Part shown: piece by piece, positions 23,204 through 35,092 of the stretch
How positions within the stretch are numbered: position 1 is the first letter of the stretch
Layout: every line of letters starts with the position of its first letter
NCBI GenBank assembly: GCA_017499595.2
Contig: CM039000.1
Coordinates: 3,534,001-3,598,000, forward strand
Length of the DNA stretch: 64,000 bases
Reading direction: 5' to 3'
Origin: Psilocybe cubensis
Taxonomy: Eukaryota
The notes under the pieces: model-generated
The model's input: the letters and a program-made list of their open reading frames with translations, nothing else
What the model was told of the DNA's origin: nothing
The model's database searches: none
Program-made: the position numbers and the translations under genes

Positions 23204-23598
23204 TTAAGTAACACAAGAGGTGCTGTCCGAGCATCTGAAAGACACTACAGGCCCTCCTGTGTTGACACGGAAGCACGTTCCGGAAGCAACCTTCGCAAAT
23301 GAAACCTTTGCTGACGAAGTACATCCTGAATTCTCATATAGAGTGACACAGTGAGTTCCACCGCCGGAGATCTGGAAATCAGTCGATCAACTAATGGGTT
23401 TTGACCTTACGATCAATATAGGCATACCTTTAGTGAATGTCTGCCTCCAAAAGCACGGCAGCTTCCATCACACGGCACCGTGTTTCCTACACTGCCTGTG
23501 CAGTCCGAACCTCCATATGCAACGACGGTAGCTGCCTGAGCGGACGCAAAAAGCGTTGCGAGGAAGGTGAAGGAAGCAACAACTATTTTGAAGTGCAT
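23204..23598 (-). CDS. Small secreted cysteine-rich protein, 112 aa, 8 Cys, MiAMP1 / beta-gamma-crystallin-like pattern
   Basis: Exons 23598-23428 and 23371-23204. Signal peptide MHFKIVVASFTFLATLFASAQA; mature ATVVAYGGSDCTGSVGNTVPCDGSCRAFGGRHSLKISGGGTHCVTLYENSGCTSSAKVSFAKVASGTCFRVNTGGPVVSFRCSDSTSCVT. Confidence 0.85.
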
Positions 23599-25042
23599 TC
23601 CGATGAAATTGGCTGATATGTGGTGCTGTTCGATGGAACGGTACTGTTTTTTGACATAGACCTGTCGTTCTCTTTTATATGTTTCTGAAATTATTGTCTG
23701 ATGGTCACCAGTTTGACTTTGGAAATGAGGCCACCCTTGGTACCCGACATCCACAATGCCAAGGACCTGTTTGCTCGGACGCTCCACAATTATACAGAAT
23801 TATACTGGTCGGGAAAGTCATAATATACGTCGAAACTGGGTCTTTAAAAGTAGAAATAGTCATCACAGATGATACAGAAGACTCCAAATTGCCGAATTCG
23901 AAATTCGGCTCAGAGGCCATCAAGTCAGTGATTGACAGTTCTATGGCATTCGCCGATAGTTGACAGGCAGGCTCACTGCTTTAAAATATAAAGTGTACAA
24001 ACATCACCCTCAATTCGACAATACAGGGTAAATGTGCGGGTTTCTCGTCTCTCTGAGTTATGTCATATTGGGAGCACCTGATGTAACGTTGGCCGAGTCA
24101 GAAGATACGTAGGCTGATCTTTGACTATAGTTAATTGTCAAAGATTGTCAACCTCTTGAAACTGCACTGTTTGCAGATCAGCATCACGGAGAGCCTCGGC
24201 TATTTCTCGGCATGAATATGGCAGTTTGGCTTCTCACGACCATTGTGGATCCAAGTTAGGAGGTGAGAACAGAGTCACCCACAATAAATAACAAGGTTTA
24301 TGTTGTTCAGTAGATAATTCCCACTACTGTAGACCAGAATGTCTCAAAACATTGCCAACTTGCTTTACTTGAGATTTATGGCCACCTCCAACGCATTGAT
24401 TCCAATTAATTAGCGTCAGCCAAGCGTTTTAACGTTGTTTACTCGTGCCTTCGAAGTTGTGGCTAACCGACCCGGTCCATGACCCCCAAGTACTCTGGTC
24501 ATTCACTGAGGTCTAAAGTCCATCAGAAGCTCAGGTTGGGTGGTTTTCGACTCAAGTCTGTGCACGTCCTGGAGTAATAACTCATACACTAAGTTGTCAT
24601 TTGATTACTGAGACCAGTTGTATAAAAACATATGTTCTACGCAAATTCAAATTCAAGTCAACGAAGCGAGGACGCTTTAAATTTTTCTCTGCATCCAAAT
24701 GGCATGTAATTGGCGACCGGCTCATTTGCCATTGTAACGAAGAGTATCTTTTTTTATTTTTTAATTCAATCTTAATATAAAATCAAGCTAATCCATGTGA
24801 AAGGAAAAACACGAACCAAGGACCAGCGTTTCACACATTTTCTGCTTTTTTGTATCTAGGGGGAAGTGCCTCTAAAGTTTGAGAGAAGAGTAGCCCGGTT
24901 GGTTATAAGTCATATTGTACAGACCCAAACAAACAGGTTGTCCGAGTGGTCCTTTCCATTGATATTCTTTGTCTTGTTATTACCATCTACTAGCATCAGG
25001 GATTCTGTTGTCCCTGGCATTGTGCTGTCACATACAGTAGCT

Positions 25043-26318
25043 CTATGAAGAAATTTTTGAGTCGCGTCCCTTCTCGGCTTCCAGGTCGTGGCTGGAGATA
25101 TCCCTGAAGCTCAAAGAATCCAAAATGGTCGAAGACCCACGCAAATTCGGGTCACTGAAGTCGGTGTCGATTCTTGAAGAAACTTGAAACTGAGTCGGCA
25201 TCGTATTCAGACGACTCATGGTATCATCGGACCAAGCTCTGCCTTGTGCCACCCGGAGAATAATCAAGAGGGGTGAAATAGACTACAACAGATACACAAA
25301 GAAATTCAGACTTCATAAACGTAATTGATGCGACAGAATGCCCTTTACCTGAGTTTGACCAAGCAAAGGCAATGCTAGGTATTGTATTGGACTGTGAATT
25401 GAGAAGCTGACCAAAAATACAAGTCCGTTTATGGTATATAGAGCGGCCGATTCCACCAGCATTGCAGTGAGAGATACGTATTCCACAGCGCAGTCCGCCA
25501 CCACGCGACGAAGACGGCGTCTCATGTATAGAAGGCGAGTGGCTATATATAAAGTGATTATCACGTTGAGAGCGATTGAGATTGACCAGTACGGAATGGC
25601 GAGGTTGACGCTGATCTTTGACCAACGTGTAATTCCTGGCTGAGAAAGTTCAATTATTAAGAGGAAAGAAAGGCCTAGTAAAATAATGATGTTATCTCAA
25701 CCGCAAAAAGGTGGCTAAATATCAAGCTTACCCACTGCACTAAGGAACATGATAGAAGGAAACGCTACAGTGTACAGTGATCTTTGAGAGAATATCCATA
25801 ACCTGTATAGCTACATTTTCCATGAGATTAACGATGCTAAATAATAATCGTAGTATTGAAACTTACCAGCAGTCCATCCTGGAACCAACTATTGACTATA
25901 TAGGCCGAATTGCACAAAACAGCAACCTTGTTCGTGCTTTGCTGAACAAAGAAAGCGTTGGGTCCACCGGGATAATTTCGATTATCGATGAACGTCATTT
26001 CCCCAAATCTGATGTTTGTGGCGTTCCCAATATTTCCAAGAACAAACACAACGACGACGTAGAGAAGCAGGAACTGTCCGACCGTCCCTTTAGAGTTCAT
26101 TCTCTTTGTGTAGAGAATATGAGACGTCCAGACGAACAGCGTGAGATGAATGCCTTCATCGATTAGTAAATCAACCAACGACTCAGAAGGTAAGAAAAGG
26201 ACTGGATATACATACCGTATCCAATAGCGCCCAGAAACAGGCCGACCAATATGGACCTTTCATGCCAGAGATCTGCGGACGTTTCGTTGACCGGTGCCCA
26301 ACTCGCCTGAGTGGTCAT
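25043..26318 (-). CDS. Putative 7-transmembrane protein (agaricomycete-expanded family)
   Basis: Spliced exons give hydrophobic helices with family-typical motifs GAIGYGIHLTLF, FIDNRNYPGGP, DGLLLYR.WI, PYWSISIALNVIITLYIATRL, MLVESAALY and ISPLLIILRVAQGRAW. Confidence 0.82.
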
Positions 26319-27440
26319 ATTGGCGTAAGGAAGAAAGGAAGTGGATCTGTGATATCCGGTGCGAAGGTTTTCAGAAAACTTCGTCTTTTATAAGACTTGT
26401 CAAGTCAGAGGCACTTTGATGATCACAGTCATAAAGAGAGGCAGGGTGCAGCGACCTGTGAGAATGGCCGAATAAAATTTGCTAGGATTGCTGCTCAGAA
26501 CGACGCTCTATATCTATGAATGGTTCATGTGGGCAACAGAACCCTCCGCCTGCAGCGGGACTTCCCATGAAAACGCAGCTTCTTCAACCATCGCCATCAA
26601 GTAGTGTGCACCCCACACGTCAATATATGGCTCGCCAGCATGTAGGCACACTGACGCTAGCGTGCACTCCAGAACATCAGGAAGAAGGCTAGCCTGCCCA
26701 CATACCTTTTCAAAGATGTGAAAAGATGAAAAACACATATTTTGACGTAGGGACCGAAATTAACCTTGACCATCTGAGTGCCACTATTTTGACCGTCAAA
26801 TGTCCATCAGTTTGTATATTAAGCCTAATAGTAACACCCACCGAATGATGATAAATGAGGAGTTTTTTTGGGAACTGCCGAAGAAGCCAGGAAAAAAGAG
26901 ATAAGCATTATGGGGGACGCGGATTATAGATTGAAGAGAAACTGGGTTCATCTTTGGGGAATTTATTGGAGTTGACTGTGTTAGTTAATGTTGGAGCAGA
27001 ATCAGAAGTTTCTTCTGAAGAAATACGCACTAACAATTTTAAACGGCGACATACATATTTGCCGGGTTTGACCGCACAGTGAGCCCGTAGGCAATATTTT
27101 GGTGATGATGTTCATTGCGCAGAAACAAAGAATGCAAAAGGAATAACAGAGAAGAATGATAACGTAAGGAAAGAAAAAAGTAATACCTACAAATTGACTG
27201 TAATGTACGGAAACACAGACTCCTTCTCCAAAAAGGATCCCAACAGAGACGGAAAGAAAAGAAAGGAATTTCCAAGTTAGAAAAATGTGATATGATAGAG
27301 TAAAAGGAATAACACAAAGATGGAAGGGAGACAGAAAAAGAAGAAAAGGACCAGAAACAGACAGAAAGAAACAAGGAAAGACATCGGTGACACACCAATA
27401 TCTGAATCCCCTCTCAACAACCCCCGTCACATACACGCCT

Positions 27441-30400
27441 TCATATCCGCCTGTAGAACAACAAGTAGGCACACTTCGACTCATCTTTCTCAAGAGAGCC
27501 GAACACATCATCCGGTCGGACGTCCGACACGAGGTTATCGTCGATGCGGACCCATCCTTCGCGAAGTTGCTGCTTGCCTGGGGCGGAGGCGTTGGAGGAA
27601 GTAGTGGGGTATCGATTAGGATGAAGCACGTCCAGGGTATAGTGCCCTCCTGATGCTGAAAGACCGTGATGGTACAGAGCTGAAGTAGAGATAAAATGAG
27701 CAAATAGGAGAAATAACGGAAAAGGAGGAAAACATACCACCAAACAGTTTATATTTTACGGGCTGCGATTTCTTTGCAGCAGGGACCATAACATCTGCGA
27801 TAGGAACACAATCAGCCAAGAAAAACCAATTGCGAGGCTGAGGAGACTGACCAGCTCCAATCTCCAACTCTGGCCCAAATGCGATTTGTTTGCCAACTTT
27901 GACGACACCGCCTACTGCGGTATCATAACAAAACCTCTTGATATGCAATACCAAGATCGGTGGAAGGGCTTCAATGAGAACTTGCTGCTGCGCCTCGATG
28001 GTGCGCGAGCCTTGAGTGACTTGAACAGGTTGTGGGTAGGAAATGTATGACAGCGCGTCTTGGATGGTATGTATTTGATCTCGCTATTTGTCCCAAAAGT
28101 CGTTTTTCAGGGAACCGTAAAATTGTGATGGATATATAACAAATCGTACCTGAATGTCTAGTCTCAAAGACCTCCAATCCTCAACGACAACCGAATCTTT
28201 TTGCCCAGGTGCGCGAAGCGTAGACCTGAATTTACCTCCAAAAATTCTCGTAATAGGCGATTCAGTAACTTTAATCTGTAAAGGAAACAAAAACGAAATC
28301 AAAACCAATCAACAGATGTCCAAACGCACGGCAAAAATAAAGATACTCACGGTGCGAGTATGTACCATACGGTTTCTCTTGCCCACCTCGAGCCATCCAT
28401 CCTCCTCGGGCGGTGCAGCCTCCTCCTTTTCTTCAACTCCGTTGACCTGCCGTGTCGCGGTTGTGGGTTGAGGTGGAGGGTTGATAGCGTGCAATAGACC
28501 CAGTAGCTCTTCTTCGAGAGTGTCGAGATAAAATCCAAAGAACTCTTCTGCGTCTTCTTGGTGACCACCCTATAAAGAGAAGCCAGTCAGTTGAATATTA
28601 AGCGACAGAAAAAAATCAATTTGAAAACGAAATTGTACGCAGCAGGGCTAAGGGACTGAAAAAAAAGTAACACGCACCCTCATCCCGTCGAACCTCTTCT
28701 TCGCCTTCATAGCGTCATAAATACCCGTTGGCAAAAATGACTCGCCATCCCAGTCATCTTCATTCCTTTCAGGCTCTCCCATGGAAATATCCTTCTCTTT
28801 TCCTTTTCCTCGCCCGCTACCACTGGCACTGGCAAAGGCAAATGCAGACGCCAAAGTATTACCGTTGGCACTTCCATTAGCATTTCCGTTCCCATTAACG
28901 CCTTTGACCTTTTTATCTTCCACGAACTCCCTCAAGAACTCGATTGTCGCATCAACAAGCGGCGTCTCTCTGCCCTTCTCCTTCCCATTCCCCTTCTCGC
29001 CATCCAGCCCTCTGAATACCCGCCCAAGCTCACCAAACAACCGGTGGAATGGCGGACAATACACCATTACCTGCAACACTGAGTTTGCAAAGCACATATT
29101 CCCGCTATTGACGAGCCCACGCGGGCGGACCTTGAGCGTCGCGCCCATCGCTGCCTCAATTTGTTTCGCATACGTTTGCGCTGCGTTCGCGCTCGCAGCG
29201 GCAGCGGCAAAGTTAATAGGACCACCTGTGGAGGCGGAGTGAGGAGGGGGTACAGGAGAGGGTGGACCAGTAGTAAGCAGAGTGATTAGATCGGCGCGAC
29301 GCGCGCCTGTGATGCCAATTGCTGCGCCTGCAACAGGAACTGCAGGTGCAGGGCTGGCATTCGGAACTGTACCAGCAAGAGCGGTAGCTGGGATCGAGAA
29401 GCCAACCACATTTGAAACAGGGAGTGCAGAGCGTTTTGCAGTCTCCGCTCCGGATGGCGAACCAGATCCAGATGCTCCTGGTGTGGAAGGCGAAGAGGTT
29501 GCAGGGCGCAGAAGTGAGGCCCATGATTTTTTGACCGGGGGTGTTGCTGCGGCTGGGACTGCAGCAGTCGTCGAAGTGGTGGGTGTCGAAGGAAGCTGTA
29601 AAGCGTCAGACTGAGCGGGCGTTCCAGGTGTCGTCGTGGCTGGTGTGGCCGTCTCAGTGGTAGCAGCCTTCGTCATCGTCGCTGGGGTGATTGTTGACGT
29701 GGCCGCGGCAGGAATCAGTGTATTCCCCTCTTTCGACTGCTCGCTAGCACTTTCCTTCTCAGTTGTCGCTGACGTGGACAAGCTAGACTTAGCATCCAGG
29801 GTGGCTGAGCCCGCAGGTGCTGCCGGAGTGGGACCATCCGTGTTCGAACTCGCCTTAGGCGTTGAACTTTCGCTCTTTTCTTTTAAATCTTTTGCTTTTG
29901 CCGATTCTTTTTCTCCACTTGTCGGTTTGGATGCATCGTCAACAACGGCAGCAACAACAGACGCGTCGACGCTCGTATGTGAGCTTGCTGGCGAGCAAGG
30001 CACAGTCGTTTCCGCATCTGCGACGCTCGCGGCCGAAGAAGTAGACGTCGACGTCGAGGTAGAGAATGACGCGTCTGCAGATACCGCGACCTTTTCTTCC
30101 GGTTTCTTCTCCGCCTTGTCCTTCTCCTCACCATCAACTGCCCCTTCCCTATCTTTTACTTTGGGACCACCAACGCCCACGCCCTCACCAACTCCGGGCC
30201 CCTTTCCTCCCATCGCAGCTTGCACAACCTCCATTGGCGGTCGTGCTCTGGGACTAATAATTATCCCAGGAGCATTAGCAGGATCATAAGGCCGCCGAGC
30301 CCAGATTGCCCATTGAAGGATTGGGTTCGGTTGGTGAGGAAGAGAAGGTGGAAGAGGAACATCGGGCAGCGTCGTGGAAGCCGATGTTGAGCTGGATTGT

Positions 30401-31767
30401 GAAGTTGGTAACGTGGACGTGGAGATCGACGACGATGAGGGAAAAGAAGAGATTGACGATGATGATGCAGGAATAGGAATTGTGATGGTGTCGTACGTCG
30501 GCGATGTGCTGGAAACGCCGTTGGGTAATGCAGAGAATGTTAAGGCCGGAGATGTTCGGGGTGATGAAGACGAGAAGGCTTGGGCAATGAAAACGACGGA
30601 TGTCGATGTCGGTGTATTAGCAGTGGGCTCCGTCGCGATCGATCCCATCCGTGCATAACTCGACGTAGATGTTGCTGGAGCAACAATTTTTTGTTCTTGT
30701 GGCTCCTGAGGCGTAGGAGTCGTGGATGCAGCTGCATGTTGTACTTCTAACGGTGGTTCCGATTCTGGTAATTTTACATCTACGGGAGGTGCTGGCGTTG
30801 CAGAAACAGATACAGACAATGGGGAAGATCCAGAGGGGAAGAAAGATGGCGCAGAGGGTGACAGAGCAGGCGAAGAGGTGGCCGTTGACGTAGAAGGAAC
30901 CGCTAAAGAAAGTGAAGGTAATGTTTCTGTGCCAGAAACAGAAGTAGGTAGGGTTGAAGGTTCGGGAGTAGGTAGGGTAGGGTCGGTTTTGAGATCTTCA
31001 CAGACAGGTGGAATAGGGATGGGAATCGCTGGTTGTTCGACGCTCTGTACAACTGGTACAGGCGAAGGAACTCCGGATGATAATGGCTGTGGTGGTTCAT
31101 AATAATTTGAATAACCAGCCACCAACGCAGGGGGTTGAGGAGGCGGCATAGAAAGCTGCTTCGGCAGCGGTGACATCATTGCCTGCTGTGTCTGCCACGA
31201 AGGCGTAAAAACAGGTGCAGATGGAGATGGGTAAAAGGTTGGGCCCGAAGAATATTTCTGAGGTTGGGGAGAATATGACTGGACATGTTGAGCGTGTTGT
31301 TGAGCGTGATGTGGAGGTAGAGCGTGTGGGTGCTGTGGGTGTGGTAAGGTGACGTGGTGTGGGCTGTACGGTGAGTAATGTGGTTGATGATGCGGTGGGG
31401 GGTGCTGATGTTGCGCATGATGCTGTTGCTGGTGATGGTGGTAGTGATGTGCGCCGCCTCTACCGCCATAGTCTCTCCCTCCTCTCCCTCTTGAAGGCGA
31501 CCCCTGCGGGGGGTATGAGCCCATATACTGGTGTGGCGGGGGGCCAGGAGGTGGATACTGGTAATAATTCTGTATAGGGCGTGGACCTGGGCTGTGTGTC
31601 CCATAAATGTGATGGTGTTGCCCTTGTGGTGAATGTTGAGGCGGGGGTGACTGCAATTGCGCCTGTGCTTGTGGCGAGTGTTGCGGGGGTTGTGATTGCT
31701 GTGGCTGAGGCGGAGGAGACTGCTGATAGTATGTGGAAGGCCCGGGGCCTTGTTGTGGGTAAGCCAT
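27441..31767 (-). CDS. UBP3: Ubiquitin-specific protease (peptidase C19), Ubp3/USP10 type
   Basis: Cys box PRGLVNSGNMCFANSVLQ, GHQEDAEEFFG, ESPITRIFGGKFRS, LPPILVLHIKRF, His box YHHGLSASGGHYT, WVRIDD and AYLLFY. Long Q/H/P- and S/T-rich N-terminus with KKSWASLL. Confidence 0.92.
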
Positions 31768-31863
31768 GTTTGCGACGAACGAGTCAACTGCGACTCGGCT
31801 CAACCCTCTATTTCTCTGCTTCAAAGCTTCAGTACAAAACGACATCTAAATGATCATTCAAAG

Positions 31864-32190
31864 ACTCACTGATAATAGGACAAATTGCCCTCTTTTGTTC
31901 TGACTTCTGTCGACGAGTTCCTTTTTCCACACGTAGAATTAAAAACCCTGCTGTGTAGTCGTCAGACCCTTCTTGTTGCTGCATAACAACAGATCTGCAT
32001 TGCAGAAATATCGGAAGAACAGGCCAAGAACTCACCGGAGATAAACGCAAGCCCTCCTTCGTTCTGAATTAAAAGCCCCAAGTCCTGACTCCTGTCAATG
32101 TTCGTTTTCCTTCCACACGAATGAAATCCGCCGCGTATCGTCGTTATATAGAATCAAACCCTTGCTGTTGCTGCCTATCAACAGATCTAT
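31864..32190 (-). repeat. Diverged tandem duplication (two ~140-170 bp units) forming probable non-coding 5'-UTR exons of UBP3
   Basis: On the minus strand both units run AGATCTGTTG..CAGCAACA..AAGGGT(T/C)TGA..ACGA..CGTGTGGAA..GACAG(G/A)AGTCAG(G/A)AC..GAGGGC..TATC and then donor GTGAGT (32035 and 31869). Confidence 0.7.
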
Positions 32191-32987
32191 ATTGGACAAG
32201 TTTATCAATCGTATATCATGGAAGAAAAACCAGAGGAAACATACCTGGGGGAGGAAATGGTGGGATCAGTGTGACAGAGGAGGTTCGGTTTGGGTGACAC
32301 TAACAGTCCAGATTTTTAGACGCCGCACAACACGTACAAACAAGTTCGGTCAATCAATTAATTACATCCTCAGCTCGGCCTTCAAGCTTCATCCTCAATC
32401 CACTCAAAAAGGGATTTTCGAGGGATTTAGGAAAAAATCACAGGCTCTTAGCGTATATCTTTAACGTCCAAACTCTCATTCAGATTTTTTTGAATTTTTT
32501 CCTGAACTCGCCATTGTCCTCAAACCGTTTCGGAACCAAGTTAGAACTAAGTACTAATTTACCAAAGGCCGTTTAGCACTGAAGTACTGAGCGGTAAACG
32601 CTAACTCCACATAGAATTCTTAAGCTACCTTGAATTCTGACATCACAGGAAACACAGTGTCATATCCGTGATGCATTATATGGTCTCCAATTACCAGTAG
32701 CACTGTGTTTGAATGTACTATTTTGTCATTTTACAACTTTATACTAACCAAAACCTAACCACGGAATTTGCTACAAAACTAGGTAAGAAGGGATAAATAT
32801 GCCACAAAAATTAGCTAGAGTCTGAAGACAAAACAGCAGTGTTAACAGGGAGACTACAATCTCCTGACGACGCGAAAGCGATTATACTTAGATCCCTTCC
32901 CTATTTAACAAAAAGACCGTCAATGTCGATTTCTACTTGCGTATCTGGAAGGTCCAAAACGCCAGTCTCCGAACTTTGCATTTCATG

Positions 32988-34637
32988 TTATAGACCATGA
33001 TAAATTATTGACGCCTCGATTAAATCGCCGTATTTCCATGCTGTCAAATGAAACCTTGATCGACCAAGTTCAAGTAGTCGTTCCAAAACATCTTTCTCTA
33101 CACAGATTTGAGGCTGGTTATCAGAGCTGATAATTGATACCCGTTTGAGATTTGATCTGTTGGAACTATTATCGCCTTCAGTCCAGGGTCCAAAAATGCG
33201 TGGAATGAGGCGCCAAAGGTCAATATCCCACTCGCTGGTTATATGAAGAGTAAAGTCTTTGAGGTTGGGAAGAATCGTGGGGTAGAAATCTCCAGATTTG
33301 TTGGCAACAAAATTGTTACCGATGGTGTGCAGCAAGTCCTTGGGAGTCTTTGAATTCAAGGTTAAATTCTCCAACGAGGGAAATCTCTGAAGTGCACCAA
33401 GGAGAATCTGTGTTTGAACTGTAGAATTTAACAAGTTCAGCGTAAGTTGTTTCAGATGAATGGATGTAGGATTCAGCGTTGAGAAGAGCGAGTTTATGTC
33501 AACCTTTCGGATAGCAACGAGTTCAAGAATCGATAACTTTGGAAACGAGAACATCTGAAAGAGGAGCAGGACCTCTTGCCCTGAATAGTGTTGTAGGAAA
33601 AGTGACTTTAGCGGAGATGTAATGCGGCTTTGACGGGAAGCTGACGAAATTCTGGATTCTAGTGAAGCTTGGTCCACTCGACCTGTTGATCCCAAATAGC
33701 ATTTGATTAACCTTGTGGCTTGTTGAAAAGGCGTACGAAGCTCGTGTAATGCGATGCTAGAGAAATGTACATGTGTCACATTATCCCATTTCATAACCAG
33801 TCGTGTGAGGCTAACACTCGACAGCTTTACATAAATTGGTCGAGGTTCCATAGATGGCAGACAAAACTGCGCAGTCGGTGGTGGATTGGTAACACATAAA
33901 TCAATAGACAGTCGGGATAAAAGAGGCGCTCCGTTGGAATTTCCGGAGAACATAACCAGGTGGTCAGGATGGCACTCAAGAGAGAATTCCCTCCACTGAT
34001 GGGAATAGCGATTAATGATTGCCATAAGTCGATCATTAATTGGATGTTTCGTTCTGAATTCGTTCAATTTGATCGACAAGAAAAGCGGTAAGCCTCCCGC
34101 TCGCTTTAGCCACTGTTCGACTCCGTCATTGTAAAGTTGAGTTGCACTTTTGGTCGGATAGATCCGTAGATGATTCCAGACAAATGGAGAAGACCACGCT
34201 ATATCCCGCCATGCTTTGCAGACTGCTCCGAGTCGGAGGATTAATGGCTCCCGTCGACGGTATACTGTGGACGTGTTTTCCCTTTCATCTTCCAATAAGT
34301 CCCTGTAACATTCAAAGATCTTCGAAGTAATCTCGGGTGGAAGTCGAGAACATAATGGATCATGATAACGGTTAATATTGATGAGCATGTCGTTTTTCTT
34401 CTCCAGTAAATTGTTAAGGGCTTGTCTTGCTGCCTCTACTTCCTTTTCGAGCTCTATGGCTTCTAGGCAAGGTGGACAAGGATTTCCGTCCCGCAGATCG
34501 CAAGCCTTGTAAGCCTTGCTACTTGCCAAGTGCTCGCCCTTCCAACGCGATATGTAATCCGGCATTTCGACGGCTTGATGAGCGCTTAGCAAGTGACTGA
34601 GAGAGCTCGCTAAACATAATAGTAAGTCAGCATGCAT
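32988..34637 (-). CDS. F-box domain protein with LRR/RNI-like C-terminus, intronless
   Basis: 549-aa ORF: coiled coil, INRYHDPLCSRLPPEITSKIF, LRLGAVCKAWRDIAWSSPFVW, WLKRAGGLPL, then leucine-rich repeats. The start could be Met 34565. Confidence 0.88.
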   Translation of the reverse strand: MHADLLLCLASSLSHLLSAHQAVEMPDYISRWKGEHLASSKAYKACDLRDGNPCPPCLEAIELEKEVEAARQALNNLLEKKNDMLININRYHDPLCSRLPPEITSKIFECYRDLLEDERENTSTVYRRREPLILRLGAVCKAWRDIAWSSPFVWNHLRIYPTKSATQLYNDGVEQWLKRAGGLPLFLSIKLNEFRTKHPINDRLMAIINRYSHQWREFSLECHPDHLVMFSGNSNGAPLLSRLSIDLCVTNPPPTAQFCLPSMEPRPIYVKLSSVSLTRLVMKWDNVTHVHFSSIALHELRTPFQQATRLIKCYLGSTGRVDQASLESRISSASRQSRITSPLKSLFLQHYSGQEVLLLFQMFSFPKLSILELVAIRKVDINSLFSTLNPTSIHLKQLTLNLLNSTVQTQILLGALQRFPSLENLTLNSKTPKDLLHTIGNNFVANKSGDFYPTILPNLKDFTLHITSEWDIDLWRLIPRIFGPWTEGDNSSNRSNLKRVSIISSDNQPQICVEKDVLERLLELGRSRFHLTAWKYGDLIEASIIYHGL

Positions 34638-35092
34638 TCACTATTTTATGATATAGTACTGCTCGATGAGAGACACACCTGCTGAAGCTGTGGGATGAGT
34701 ATCTCGCCACGTAATGGTAGTAGGCGAAAGTTCAAAGTGACGTTGACAGGTCAATCTACACATCAACGAATCATATGTTACAAATTTAGGACCTCTCACG
34801 CCCGTATGTGCTTGTACATCACTCATTTGCATGCCAATGATACTATATCTCGGTTAAGTTTTTCTTTACTGTCGTAACCAGTAAACACAACGGCAGCTGG
34901 ATAATTGATTGTCATGCTGGTGATGTACAGCACAGGTTTTTGATGACCTCCAAATGAACTCAAACAGACTTGACAAAGAAAGTGTAAGACCGTGTTTGAA
35001 TGCCAATGCAAAGAAATATTCCTGTATATCGGAAAACAAATGTCGATGAGCCTGTTTCTCGCCGATTCAACTTAGGTACTAACCCATACAAT

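Noticed and set aside
27002-27703. 233-aa hydrophobic ORF
   Set aside because: It is an alternative frame of the last UBP3 exon running into the T-rich 3' UTR.
28781-31853. Several long plus-strand ORFs (also 48623-49531, and minus-strand ORFs at 11594-12510)
   Set aside because: Antisense or alternative-frame shadows of GC-rich, low-complexity real genes.
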